Positions 36,155-45,310 of a DNA stretch of 59,348 bases are shown piece by piece (position 1 is the stretch's first letter; each line of letters starts with the position of its first letter). A program made the position numbers and the translations under genes. A model generated the notes under the pieces. It saw only the letters and a program-made list of their open reading frames with translations, had not been told where the DNA came from and did not search any database. Location: positions 39,754-99,101 of the forward strand of contig JBBUDV010000002.1 of assembly GCA_038057075.1 (NCBI GenBank), given 5' to 3'. The DNA is from Patescibacteria group bacterium (GTDB lineage: Bacteria > Patescibacteriota > Minisyncoccia > UBA6257 > UBA9933).

Positions 36155-36253
36155 GTTTCAAATTAAAAACTGAAAATGAAAAGCTGAAAATTAAATTTAA
36201 AATTTTACACTTCTCACTGTCATTTTTCATTTTTATTTTTCTATTTTTAATTT
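36155..36253 (-). repeat. 99-bp leader/promoter block identical to 48214..48312
   Basis: Base-by-base identical. It begins immediately upstream of the start codon in both copies. Confidence 0.9.
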
Positions 36254-36346
36254 TATTTATCCATTATACCCTATCCCTTTAAACAAACAAAAAGCCCCGT
36301 AACGGGGCTTTTTGTAAAAATATACGCTCTATGATATTTTTTATCG

Positions 36347-37024
36347 TTATTCGGTCTGTTGTCTGAATTTTTCCAACAATCTCGCGGCGTAATCTTTGCC
36401 GCCCATTCCGAAAGCGATACCTCCTGCCAAAGCAAGCATCGCAATCAAACCGGTAATCAGAGTCTGAAGGATATAAACATTGATTCCCAATTGCATCAAA
36501 GCAGTGATGAAACCGAAAACCACAACTACCCACCAAACGAACGAACCCAAAAATTTTGAAGCATGGAGTTTGGCGCTCATAACTGAAGCCGAAGTTAATC
36601 CCTTAAGGAATCTGGCTAAGATTAAAGTCGCCAACATAATCAACACGGAGACGATTACGTTAGGAATGTAAATAAGCACCTGCCCCAGGAAGCTTGAAAA
36701 AACTTCCAATCCCAAAATATTGGAAACCGCCAAAATGAAAACTATTACGAAGAACCAATAAACCAATCGGCCGAAAAATCTCGCTGAATTCAAATTCATC
36801 CCCGATCTTTCGATATAAACCGAAACTCCCATCTTTCGCAAAAGAGAATCCAATTTAATCGCCCGAATAATCTGTTCAATAACCGAACCGAATACCGTCG
36901 CGATAATCAATCCAATAATAAAGACGATTAAAGCGCCGATGAGTTTTGGAATGAAATTAATCACCCCAACCCAAACATTCAACAGCGAACCGACAAGCGT
37001 ACTGGTTAAACCTTGAATATACAT
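36347..37024 (-). CDS. TM-helix-repeat membrane protein (mechanosensitive-channel-associated type)
   Basis: 225 aa with repeated TM hairpins. Family assignment is tentative. Confidence 0.45.
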   Translation of the reverse strand: MYIQGLTSTLVGSLLNVWVGVINFIPKLIGALIVFIIGLIIATVFGSVIEQIIRAIKLDSLLRKMGVSVYIERSGMNLNSARFFGRLVYWFFVIVFILAVSNILGLEVFSSFLGQVLIYIPNVIVSVLIMLATLILARFLKGLTSASVMSAKLHASKFLGSFVWWVVVVFGFITALMQLGINVYILQTLITGLIAMLALAGGIAFGMGGKDYAARLLEKFRQQTE

Positions 37025-37175
37025 GATAAAATTTAATTTAAGTTAATAATAGTATTGTTAATTTCGACCTTTTGAATTATTTCTTATTTAATTATAGCAA
37101 AAACGAAAATTTTTCATAGTTCCCACTATCCACAGGCGTATTTATTGTAAATTAAAACATAATTCTGATAAAATT

Positions 37176-37544
37176 ATGGAAATGAAGTTTTTGGCAAGAT
37201 TGATATTTTCTTTTTTTTCCGGCCTCTTGGCTCTTTGGGCCGCTACTTATTTTATCAAAGGATTCGCCGTTTCCGGAGACCTTAAAAATTTTTTAACCGT
37301 GGCCGCGATATTTACTTTGATAAATTTATTCATTAGGCCGATTCTCAAACTGGTTCTAACCCCTGTTATATTTTTAACTTTCGGCTTGGGAATAATAGTC
37401 GTCAATGCCCTGACTTTGTATATTCTTGATTATTTTTCCCAAAGTGTTAGTATTGACGGCGTATCGTCATTGATATACGCTACGCTTATCATAAGCGTAG
37501 TTAATATTATTTTACATTTTTCAGCCAAGCATATTTCCAAATAG
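37176..37544 (+). CDS. phage-holin-4-like / DUF360-type small membrane protein
   Basis: LINLFIRPILKLVLTPVIFLTFGLGIIVVNALTLYILDYF resembles the family. Confidence 0.6.
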   Translation: MEMKFLARLIFSFFSGLLALWAATYFIKGFAVSGDLKNFLTVAAIFTLINLFIRPILKLVLTPVIFLTFGLGIIVVNALTLYILDYFSQSVSIDGVSSLIYATLIISVVNIILHFSAKHISK

Positions 37545-37586
37545 TATTCAGTTTTAGTTATAAGTTATAGGTTATCAGTTAATAAT

Positions 37587-37799
37587 ATGTATCTCTCCAT
37601 CGCGCAAATCATCATCTCAATAGTTTTAATAATTTTAATTCTTCTTCAAGAACGGAGTTCGGGACTTTCCGGCGCTTTAGGCGGCACCGAAACCGGCGCG
37701 TACCAGACCCGCCGAGGCATTGAAAAAATAATTTTTGTCGCAACCGTCGTTTTAGTCGTCGCCTTCGCCGTCTTGTCGCTCCTTAATTTGATTGTATAA
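37587..37799 (+). CDS. secG: preprotein translocase subunit SecG
   Basis: 70 aa with two TMs and LLQERSSGLSGALGG, typical of SecG. Confidence 0.75.
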   Translation: MYLSIAQIIISIVLIILILLQERSSGLSGALGGTETGAYQTRRGIEKIIFVATVVLVVAFAVLSLLNLIV

Positions 37800-37826
37800 A
37801 AACGGATTAACCCTTAATTCAAACTT

Positions 37827-39476
37827 TTGTTTTTACAATTACCCAAAATTTTTAATTCTTTTTCCAAAAAAGAACGCATTGTATTTATCGCGGCTTTTTT
37901 TATATTTCTCGCAACCTCTTTTCTTTGGATAATTAGATTTTCGGAAACACATACTTTACTCGCTCCGGTTGACAGCGGCGAATATACCGAAGGCGCCATC
38001 GGCCAACCCGTTTTCGTCAATCCCGTTATCGCTTCAAACAGCGGGCCGGACAACGACTTAAACCAACTGATTTTTGCCGACATGAAAAATTTAATTGAAA
38101 CCTACGGAGTAAGCGACGATAAAAGAGTATGGAACATCAGAATTAAAGGGGATGTGATTTGGCAGGACAACCAACCGCTCACAACCGACGACGTGATTTT
38201 TACAATTAAAGCCATTCAAGACCCTGATACCAATTCGCCTCTCTATTCTTCATGGAAAGGAGTCAAGGTGGAACGAACCAGCGAACGAGAAATAAAAATT
38301 GTTCTGCCCAATCCTTACGCTTATTTTGAAAATAACCTACTTGATTTAAAGCCGATTCCAAAACATCTTTTCTCCGGCATTCCTTTCGCGCACATGAAAC
38401 TTTCCACCTACAACATAGAGCCGGTCTCAAGCGGGCCGTTTAAATTCATCAGTTTTGAAAAAAGGCGCGACGGATTTATCACTAAATTTATTCTGGAAAG
38501 AAATGATTCTTTTCCCGGCGACAAGCCGCATCTTGATAAATTTTCTTTCCGTTTTTATCCCAATGAAGAAGAGGTGATTAAGGCCTTTAATTCCGGAGAA
38601 ATTGACGGATTTTCGCCGGCTGATTATAAAAATCTCTCAAAAATTTACATTCCGCACAAAGTTTTTAAAATCGTCATGCCTCGTTATTATGCCGTGTTTT
38701 TTGAACCGCAAAACAATGTCTTGCTTAAAGACAAAGGTCTAAGAGCCGCCTTAAACTACGCCACGGACAAAGCCAAAATCGTCAAAACGATTTTCAAAGA
38801 CGCGGCGATTCCGATTGACGGTCCGCTTCTTTTCCAAAATCACGATTACGACCCAAGCGTTGATTTCTCAATGGAAAAAGCCGGCGCGATTTTGGACGAA
38901 CTCGGTTGGACCGTAAATCCTGACGGCGTAAGGGAAATCAAGGAAAAATTGTCTCTGAAAAAACTGGAATTCGGCCTGACCGTTTACCCGACGCCGTTTT
39001 TAACGGAAACCGCAAAAATAATAAAAGACGACTGGGCTAAAATCGGAGTTAAAATCAATTTAAACTTCCCGGCTCCGGCCGATTTTGAAGAAGATATAAT
39101 CAAACCGAGAAATTATGAAATGCTTCTTTTTGGAAACATTTACGGAAAAAATCTTGACCCGTTTTCCTTCTGGCACTCAAGCCAAAAATTCCACCCAGGC
39201 CTCAATCTGTCGCTTTACGAAAATAAAAATGCCGATTTTCTCATAGAAATCATTAGAACCGATTTTGACCCGAATAAACGCCAAGAAGAATTAAAAGAAC
39301 TTCAAAAAATCATTAATGCCGACACTCCGGCTGTTTTCCTTTACTCGCCCCACTATATATATGTCAGCTCTAAAACTTTAAGGGGATTTGAACAAAATTA
39401 TTTGTCCCTTCCCGGCGACCGCTTTTCAAACATCAAAGATTGGTATGTAAGGACAGTTAGAATATTTAAAAAATAA
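37827..39476 (+). CDS. ABC transporter substrate-binding protein, family 5 (peptide/nickel type)
   Basis: 549 aa with an N-terminal anchor. Has the length and motifs of an SBP_bac_5-like fold (WQDNQPLTTDDVIFT, LFGNIYG..DPFSFWHSS). Confidence 0.7.
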   Translation: MFLQLPKIFNSFSKKERIVFIAAFFIFLATSFLWIIRFSETHTLLAPVDSGEYTEGAIGQPVFVNPVIASNSGPDNDLNQLIFADMKNLIETYGVSDDKRVWNIRIKGDVIWQDNQPLTTDDVIFTIKAIQDPDTNSPLYSSWKGVKVERTSEREIKIVLPNPYAYFENNLLDLKPIPKHLFSGIPFAHMKLSTYNIEPVSSGPFKFISFEKRRDGFITKFILERNDSFPGDKPHLDKFSFRFYPNEEEVIKAFNSGEIDGFSPADYKNLSKIYIPHKVFKIVMPRYYAVFFEPQNNVLLKDKGLRAALNYATDKAKIVKTIFKDAAIPIDGPLLFQNHDYDPSVDFSMEKAGAILDELGWTVNPDGVREIKEKLSLKKLEFGLTVYPTPFLTETAKIIKDDWAKIGVKINLNFPAPADFEEDIIKPRNYEMLLFGNIYGKNLDPFSFWHSSQKFHPGLNLSLYENKNADFLIEIIRTDFDPNKRQEELKELQKIINADTPAVFLYSPHYIYVSSKTLRGFEQNYLSLPGDRFSNIKDWYVRTVRIFKK

Positions 39477-39493
39477 TTTGCTATAATTAAATT

Positions 39494-39634
39494 AATCCCT
39501 CACCCTTCAAATACCGAAAACCCGGACATTTTACTTGAAAAACAAAGATTAAAATAAATTATTGATTTTTATTAAAAAACGCTATAATTTACAAAAGGTT
39601 TTGTGAAAATGACGTATTTGAAGGGTGAGGGATT
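39494..39634. repeat. 21-bp perfect inverted repeat flanking a 99-bp promoter-bearing spacer
   Basis: AATCCCTCACCCTTCAAATAC (39494..39514) and GTATTTGAAGGGTGAGGGATT (39614..39634). The spacer holds TTGATT-n15-TATAAT (39562..39588). Confidence 0.9.
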
Positions 39635-39645
39635 GACATCTTAAA

Positions 39646-39981
39646 ATGAATATAGAAGAATATAAACAACGCGCTAAACTTATAAGAGATAATGAAATTT
39701 ATAAAGTATACGATCTCTCCGAGCTTGATAATTTAACCGTCTCTTTAACCGAGCTTTATCCTCAAAAATCAACCACCGGTCACTCCCATGACAAAGCCGA
39801 CGAGGTTTATATTTTTATTGACGGCGAAGGAACGATAGAAGTCGCTAACCAAACGATGAAAGTTAAAGGCAAGGATATTATCCTTGTTCCTCGCGGCGAT
39901 TTTCATAAAGTTCATAATAAAACGGAAAAAAATTTAAACTTTTGGACAATCTTTGAAAAATACGGGGGTAGAGGGAAGTAA
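39646..39981 (+). CDS. cupin-domain protein
   Basis: 111 aa. GHSHDKADEVYIFIDGEG...GDFHKVHN cupin motifs. Confidence 0.7.
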   Translation: MNIEEYKQRAKLIRDNEIYKVYDLSELDNLTVSLTELYPQKSTTGHSHDKADEVYIFIDGEGTIEVANQTMKVKGKDIILVPRGDFHKVHNKTEKNLNFWTIFEKYGGRGK

Positions 39982-40076
39982 AAATTAACTTACAATTTAC
40001 GACTTATAACATTTTCACTTTATAGCTAAATTCCGATTGTTTTTGGTCGTTAGTTGTCAGTTGTTAGTCGTTTTTC

Positions 40077-40160
40077 GCCCAGGTGGTGAAACTGGCAGAC
40101 ACGCAGCGTTCAGGTCGCTGTGACCGTAAGGTCTTGGAGGTTCAACTCCTCTCCTGGGCA
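40077..40160 (+). tRNA. tRNA-Leu (anticodon CAG), class II
   Basis: GCCCAGG/CCUGGGC acceptor, CAGCG-UUCAGGU-CGCUG anticodon arm, long variable arm, GGAGG-UUCAACU-CCUCU T arm. Confidence 0.9.
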
Positions 40161-40208
40161 CACCAATTTTTACTTTTAAATAAATTAATAATAAAAAAAT
40201 AATAAAAT

Positions 40209-41945
40209 ATGATAACAAAAAAAACTCATAGAATATTCAGGACTGAAAAACCGGAAAGAAAACATGTTTTAAAAGAAACCCACCAAGATGCGGTCAAATT
40301 TGTGGCGCTTGGAGGATTTGAAGAAGTCGGTCGCAACATGTCCGTTTTTGAATATAAAAACGAAATTGTCCTGTTTGACGCGGGCCTGCAATTCCCCGAA
40401 GAAGACACTCCGGGAATAGATTTTATCATTCCCAACGTTGAATATCTGGAACCGCGCAAGCACAACATTAAAGGCCTTGTCATAACCCACGCGCATTACG
40501 ACCACATGGGCGCGCTTCCTTACATTTTGGGAAAAATCGGCAACCCGACGATTTACACCACGGCGCTTACCGCTGAAATCATCAAAAAAAGACACGGCGA
40601 ATTCCCCAACGCGCCCAAACTCGACATTGTAATCATCAAAAACCGCGACACTATAAAACTCTCGGACAATCTTGAAGCCACGTTTTTTGGAATCATTCAC
40701 AGCATTCCCGATACCGTCAGTATCCTATTAAAAACTCCAGTCGGAAATTTTGTTTACGCGACCGACGTTCAATTTGACTACGCCGAAGACGGTTCGCCCA
40801 TCGGCTTGGAAGAATTCAAATGGGTCGGAAAAGAAAATATACTCGGCTTGTTTTTAGACAGCACCAACGCGGAAAAAACCGGGCCATCAATTTCCGAAAG
40901 GACCGTAGAGAAAAACATTGACGAGATTTTCAAAAAAGCCACAGGAAGAATTATTGTCGGCGTTTTTGCTTCGCTTCTTAACCGCATCGGGGAAATCATA
41001 AAAATCGCGGAAAAACACAACAGAAAAGTCGCCATCTCCGGACTTTCAATGAAAACCAATCTTCAAATCGCCCAAAATCTCGGCTATATCAAAACTAAAA
41101 AAGGCACCATTATCTCGCTTGAAGAAATCAACAGATATAAAGACGATAAAATTTTAATTTTATCAACCGGCGCCCAAGGAGAATCAAACGCCAGTTTGAT
41201 GAAAATCGTCAACGGCGAACATAGAAGCGTCAGAATCAAACGAGGCGACGCGGTTATTTTCTCTTCATCAATAATTCCGGGCAATGAACGTTCTGTTCAG
41301 GTTCTTAAAGACAATTTAAGCCGCCAAGGCGCCAAGGTCTACCATTCTACGCTTGTGGACATTCACGCTTCGGGGCACGCCACCGGCGAAGAGCTTAAAA
41401 TCATCATTGAAACGGTTAAACCTAAATTATACATTCCCATTCACGGTTATTATTTCATGCGCGCCAGTAACGCCTCGCTTGCGCAAGAAACCGGAATCCC
41501 CGAAAAACACATCCTACTTGTGGACAACGGCCAAATCATCGCCTTTTCAAAACACGGCGTTGAAGTTCTTGAAGAAATGATCCCAACTTATTACGTTATG
41601 GTTGACGGCTTGGGTGTCGGCGACGTCGGTGAAATCGTCATGCGCGACCGAAAGGTTTTATCTCAAGAAGGAATGGTGGTTATCATCTCAACGTTGGACA
41701 GAAAAAGCGGCAGATTTCTAAAAAATCCCGACATCATTTCCCGCGGTTTTATTTACCTCAAAGAAAACAAAGAGCTTGTGGAAGATTTAAGAAGAAAAAT
41801 CAAGGGAATCGTCGGAAAAATTCCCAAACACCAGCAACTTGAACCCGATTATATAAAAGCGCTCATACGTGACCAAATCGGCCAGTTTTTGTATACTAAA
41901 ACGAAACGCAGACCAATGGTGCTGCCAGTGATAATACAAGTATAG
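40209..41945 (+). CDS. rnj: ribonuclease J (beta-CASP metallo-beta-lactamase)
   Basis: VITHAHYDHMGALPYI motif. 578 aa with beta-CASP architecture. Confidence 0.85.
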   Translation: MITKKTHRIFRTEKPERKHVLKETHQDAVKFVALGGFEEVGRNMSVFEYKNEIVLFDAGLQFPEEDTPGIDFIIPNVEYLEPRKHNIKGLVITHAHYDHMGALPYILGKIGNPTIYTTALTAEIIKKRHGEFPNAPKLDIVIIKNRDTIKLSDNLEATFFGIIHSIPDTVSILLKTPVGNFVYATDVQFDYAEDGSPIGLEEFKWVGKENILGLFLDSTNAEKTGPSISERTVEKNIDEIFKKATGRIIVGVFASLLNRIGEIIKIAEKHNRKVAISGLSMKTNLQIAQNLGYIKTKKGTIISLEEINRYKDDKILILSTGAQGESNASLMKIVNGEHRSVRIKRGDAVIFSSSIIPGNERSVQVLKDNLSRQGAKVYHSTLVDIHASGHATGEELKIIIETVKPKLYIPIHGYYFMRASNASLAQETGIPEKHILLVDNGQIIAFSKHGVEVLEEMIPTYYVMVDGLGVGDVGEIVMRDRKVLSQEGMVVIISTLDRKSGRFLKNPDIISRGFIYLKENKELVEDLRRKIKGIVGKIPKHQQLEPDYIKALIRDQIGQFLYTKTKRRPMVLPVIIQV

Positions 41946-41990
41946 ATAATGAATAACGAATTATGAATAATGAATTATGGCCATCCACAA

Positions 41991-42028
41991 TTCTTAATTC
42001 TTAATTCTTAATTCTTAATTCTTAATTC
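41991..42028. repeat. tandem heptamer (TTCTTAA) x5.4 ending 2 nt before the trpS start
   Basis: Read directly from the sequence: ttcttaattcttaattcttaattcttaattcttaattc. Confidence 0.9.
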
Positions 42029-42029
42029 A

Positions 42030-43019
42030 GTGTCAAAGCCCGTTCTCGTATCCGGCATCCAGCCGTCGGGAAAACTCCATATCGGAAATTACATTAGCGC
42101 GCTGAAAAATTTCGTTTATCTCCAAAATTCCGGCCGCTACCAGTGCTATTTTTTTGTCGCGGATCTTCATTCTCTCACCGCGGATTTTAATCCGTCTGAA
42201 AAATACAAACAAATAATTGACGTTGTTTTGAATTTGCTGGCAGTCGGGATTGACCCGAAAAAATCCGTGATTTTTGTCCAGTCGCAAATTCCGCAACACG
42301 CGGAGTTAACGTGGATTTTAAATACCATCACTCCTTTAGGAGAATTAAAAAGAATGGTTCAGTTCAAAGACAAGGCCTCCCGTCAAGATGAAGTTAATGT
42401 TGGACTTTTTGATTATCCCGTTCTTCAAGCCGCCGATATTCTTCTTTATGACGCCGAAGTGGTTCCGGTCGGCGAAGACCAGCTCCAACATTTGGAACTC
42501 ACAAGAACTTTGGCGCGAAAATTCAACTCAAAATTCAAAAAAATTTTTATTGAACCAAAAGAACTTTTAACCGAAACGCCTAAAATAATGGGTTTACTTG
42601 ACCCGTCCAAAAAAATGTCCAAATCAGTCCCGCAAACTTGCTTGTTTTTAGACGATTCATCGGATGTAATAAAAGAAAAAATAAAACGCGCCGCCACCGA
42701 TTCAGGCCGCGAAGTCGCCTATCACCCGGAATCAAAACCGGCAATTTCCAATTTAATAAGAATTTATCAGGGCTTCAGCGACTTGACTGCCAAAGAAATT
42801 GAACATAAATTTGAGGGCGCTACTTACAGCCAGTTCAAAAAAGACCTTGCCGAACTTATTATTGAATCATTGAGGCCGTTTCGGGCAAGGAAAAAATTAT
42901 TGTCGCGAAAAATCGGTTTTGTTGAAAAAATAATGGAATCCGGCCGCAAAAAAGCCGAAACCCAAGCCGCCAAAAAAATGAAGCAAGTGAAAAAGGTTTT
43001 GGGACTTATCAAAAAATAA
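42030..43019 (+). CDS. trpS: tryptophan--tRNA ligase
   Basis: GIQPSGKLHIGNY (HIGH-type) and KMSKS motifs. GTG start. Confidence 0.9.
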   Translation: MSKPVLVSGIQPSGKLHIGNYISALKNFVYLQNSGRYQCYFFVADLHSLTADFNPSEKYKQIIDVVLNLLAVGIDPKKSVIFVQSQIPQHAELTWILNTITPLGELKRMVQFKDKASRQDEVNVGLFDYPVLQAADILLYDAEVVPVGEDQLQHLELTRTLARKFNSKFKKIFIEPKELLTETPKIMGLLDPSKKMSKSVPQTCLFLDDSSDVIKEKIKRAATDSGREVAYHPESKPAISNLIRIYQGFSDLTAKEIEHKFEGATYSQFKKDLAELIIESLRPFRARKKLLSRKIGFVEKIMESGRKKAETQAAKKMKQVKKVLGLIKK

Positions 43020-43043
43020 TCCGCCATTAGCGGATTATTTTTT
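43011..43043. terminator. bidirectional terminator overlapping both stop codons
   Basis: 14-bp stem AAAAAATAATCCGC / GCGGATTATTTTTT with loop catta. Confidence 0.75.
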
Positions 43044-43472
43044 TTCTATTTTTTCAATTCTTCTTTTATCTTTTTCCAAATCGGAAAACTGGGTTTTAAG
43101 CCAAACATCAACGATTTTTTTAGCGGCTTCTTCATTGGTTAATTCCGAAGCCAAACTTAAAACATTTGTGTCGTCATCATATCGGACAAGTTCCGCTTGT
43201 TTAACGTCCGTTACCAAAGCCGAGCGCACTCCTTTAAATTTATTCGCCACAATATCCACGCCGGCGCCGGAACGGCAAATTAAAATTCCTCGGTCTTCCG
43301 GATTATTGGAAATTTTTTGAGCGACAAGTTTTGCGAAATCCGGATAATCGTCGTTCGCGTCATAATTAACATTGCCTAAATCAACAACTTGATAGTCGCC
43401 TTCAGTTAAAAATTTTTTCAAAGATTCTTTAAGTTCAAACCCCCTATGGTCAGCCCCAATATAGATGTGCAT
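43035..43472 (-). CDS. rpiB: ribose-5-phosphate isomerase B
   Basis: MHIYIGADHRGFELKESL...ICRSGAGVDIVANK. Confidence 0.85.
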   Translation of the reverse strand: MHIYIGADHRGFELKESLKKFLTEGDYQVVDLGNVNYDANDDYPDFAKLVAQKISNNPEDRGILICRSGAGVDIVANKFKGVRSALVTDVKQAELVRYDDDTNVLSLASELTNEEAAKKIVDVWLKTQFSDLEKDKRRIEKIEKK

Positions 43473-43551
43473 GAATTATGAAGTGTGAATTAAGAATTAA
43501 GAATGTAATTTTGCATTTTCCATAATTCATAATTCATTATTCTTGATTCTC

Positions 43552-44580
43552 TTATAAGTTCTCCGCTGCTTTCAAAACATGTCTCACCAGCGTCACCACA
43601 TACCCCCATTCATTGTCATACCACGCCAAAACCTTCACTAAGTCGCCTCCGATGACCTTGGTGAATTTCAAATCCACAATCGCGCCATGCGGCTCGCCGA
43701 TAATATCCGAAGAAACAATTTGCTCGTCAATTGTTTTTAAAATCCCCTGCCACCTCGGGTCTTTCTCCGCTTTTTTGAAAATCTCGTTTATTTCCTCAAC
43801 TGACGTCTTTCTTTTTGCCACAAAAGTAACGTCCGCAAGAGAACCCGTGATTATCGGCACGCGGATGGAAATGCCGTCAAATTTTCCTTCCAGTTCCTTA
43901 AAAGCTCTTGTCACGGCGATAGCCGCTCCCGTCGTGGACGGAATTAAATTCTGTCCGCTAGCCCTGCCCCGCCTGAAATCGTCTCCTTTGACGGCGCTGT
44001 CAACAACCGATTGCGTATTGGTCAAAGCGTGGATTGTGTTTAAAACCGCTTTTTCCACCCCAACACTTTCCGCCATCACGGCGATTACCGGAGAAATCCC
44101 GTTTGTGGTGCAGGAAGCGTTGGAAGAAATATCACACTTTTTCATGTCGCCTTCATTGATTCCCAATAAAATTGTTTTGCCAAGTTCGTTATCGGCGTCT
44201 TTTGCCGGAGCGGTTAAAACCACTCGCTTGGCGCCGGCGTCCAAATGTAATTTGGCTTTTTCATACGATTCAAAAACACCGGTAGATTCAACAACAATAT
44301 CAATTCCCAAGTCCTTCCACGGCAATTTAGCCGGATCTTTTTCCTGAACAAATTTGATTTCCTTGTCGTCAATAATCAAAACGCCTTTCTGTTTGTCGCT
44401 TTTAACTTCTCCCGGAAAACTTCTATAGACCGTGTCGTACTTAAACAAATACGCTAGATTTTCCAAGTCGCCTAAATCGTTGATAGCAACCACTTCCATG
44501 TTTGACTCGTCAATAATTTGCCGTAAAAACAAGCGACCAATTCTCCCAAACCCATTGATTGCAATTTTTGTTTTTTTCAT
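43552..44580 (-). CDS. gap: glyceraldehyde-3-phosphate dehydrogenase
   Basis: INGFGRIGR and the SNASCTTN active-site motif. Confidence 0.9.
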   Translation of the reverse strand: MKKTKIAINGFGRIGRLFLRQIIDESNMEVVAINDLGDLENLAYLFKYDTVYRSFPGEVKSDKQKGVLIIDDKEIKFVQEKDPAKLPWKDLGIDIVVESTGVFESYEKAKLHLDAGAKRVVLTAPAKDADNELGKTILLGINEGDMKKCDISSNASCTTNGISPVIAVMAESVGVEKAVLNTIHALTNTQSVVDSAVKGDDFRRGRASGQNLIPSTTGAAIAVTRAFKELEGKFDGISIRVPIITGSLADVTFVAKRKTSVEEINEIFKKAEKDPRWQGILKTIDEQIVSSDIIGEPHGAIVDLKFTKVIGGDLVKVLAWYDNEWGYVVTLVRHVLKAAENL

Positions 44581-44659
44581 AATAAATTTTATTTTTTAAT
44601 AAATTTTAAAATTTTTTTATAACAATTTACGCATAAAAGAATGAATTATAAATAGAGTG

Positions 44660-45025
44660 TTAAACTTTTTCTAAAACAACCGTTCTATACTTGCAATCAA
44701 CCAATGCTTTATAACCAAACTTTGTCAGAAAACTGATACCCGCTAACGGGAAACTGTCGGATATTAAAACTTGAATGTAATTTGTCGCTCCTTCCATTGA
44801 CGCAATCGCAAGAGCTACGGGAACTTCAATAACCTGACCATTAGCAATTTGCGTTTTAGTAACACCAACAACTTTAAGACCAAGTTCAATCGCTATCTCT
44901 GGAGTTACTTGTAAATCACCAGTAAAACCAGTGTCTAATATAACAAAAGGGGTTTGCACAGATTGCCCCCAAGCCACAACAACTTTTATTAAAGGTATAT
45001 TTTCTACGAAAACACCGCTAATCAT
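44660..45025 (-). CDS. retropepsin-like clan AA aspartic protease (single lobe)
   Basis: VILDTGFTGDLQV contains the D-T-G catalytic motif. 121 aa. Confidence 0.65.
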   Translation of the reverse strand: MISGVFVENIPLIKVVVAWGQSVQTPFVILDTGFTGDLQVTPEIAIELGLKVVGVTKTQIANGQVIEVPVALAIASMEGATNYIQVLISDSFPLAGISFLTKFGYKALVDCKYRTVVLEKV

Positions 45026-45034
45026 TTTACAAAT

Positions 45035-45310
45035 TTAAAGGTCAGTAAATGTTTTTGCCATCGTTTCAGCAACATCAAAACCTATTTTTACAACATAAAA
45101 AACCTTGTTTGGATGATGCTCTCTGGCTAATTCCAATGCTTCTGCGCTTGTATTACCGAGATATACTTCTTTACTATCAATATCAATAGCCAAAAACCTG
45201 CCCCTTTCTTTAGGGTCATACTTAACTTTAATCTGTTCGTAGATTTTAGCCCCCTCTTCGGCTATCTTTTGAATATCAGCTTTTTTTATGAGTTCTTCGT
45301 TGTTATTCAT
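45035..45310 (-). CDS. small partner protein upstream of the aspartic protease (DUF5678-like, from memory)
   Basis: 91 aa. Its stop lies 9 nt before the protease start. GRFLAIDIDSKEVYLGNTSAEALELAREHHP. Confidence 0.45.
   Translation of the reverse strand: MNNNEELIKKADIQKIAEEGAKIYEQIKVKYDPKERGRFLAIDIDSKEVYLGNTSAEALELAREHHPNKVFYVVKIGFDVAETMAKTFTDL

Noticed and set aside
36279-36536. Overlapping ORFs 36279..36536(-), 37814..38083(-), 28703..28936(-), 26882..27103(-) and 14963..15247(-)
   Set aside because: They are out-of-frame overlaps with longer ORFs that have coherent TM or domain patterns, and their translations are Arg/Cys-rich or low complexity.
37176-37544. Holin-family protein as evidence for a prophage
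   Set aside because: No phage structural, integrase or lysin genes are nearby. This DUF360/holin-4-like family is widespread as a chromosomal membrane protein.
41946-42029. T-box leader upstream of trpS
   Set aside because: The spacer is only 84 nt and consists of simple repeats. There is no specifier-loop or terminator-antiterminator architecture.
43613-44347. Long antisense ORFs opposite well-supported genes (also 1352..1951, 48710..49090, 50057..50431, 51019..51339, 40269..40700, 9611..9888)
   Set aside because: Each lies fully inside a gene with strong family motifs (gap, hppA, nusA, rnj and others) and translates to Ser/Pro/Ala/Leu-rich shadow sequence.
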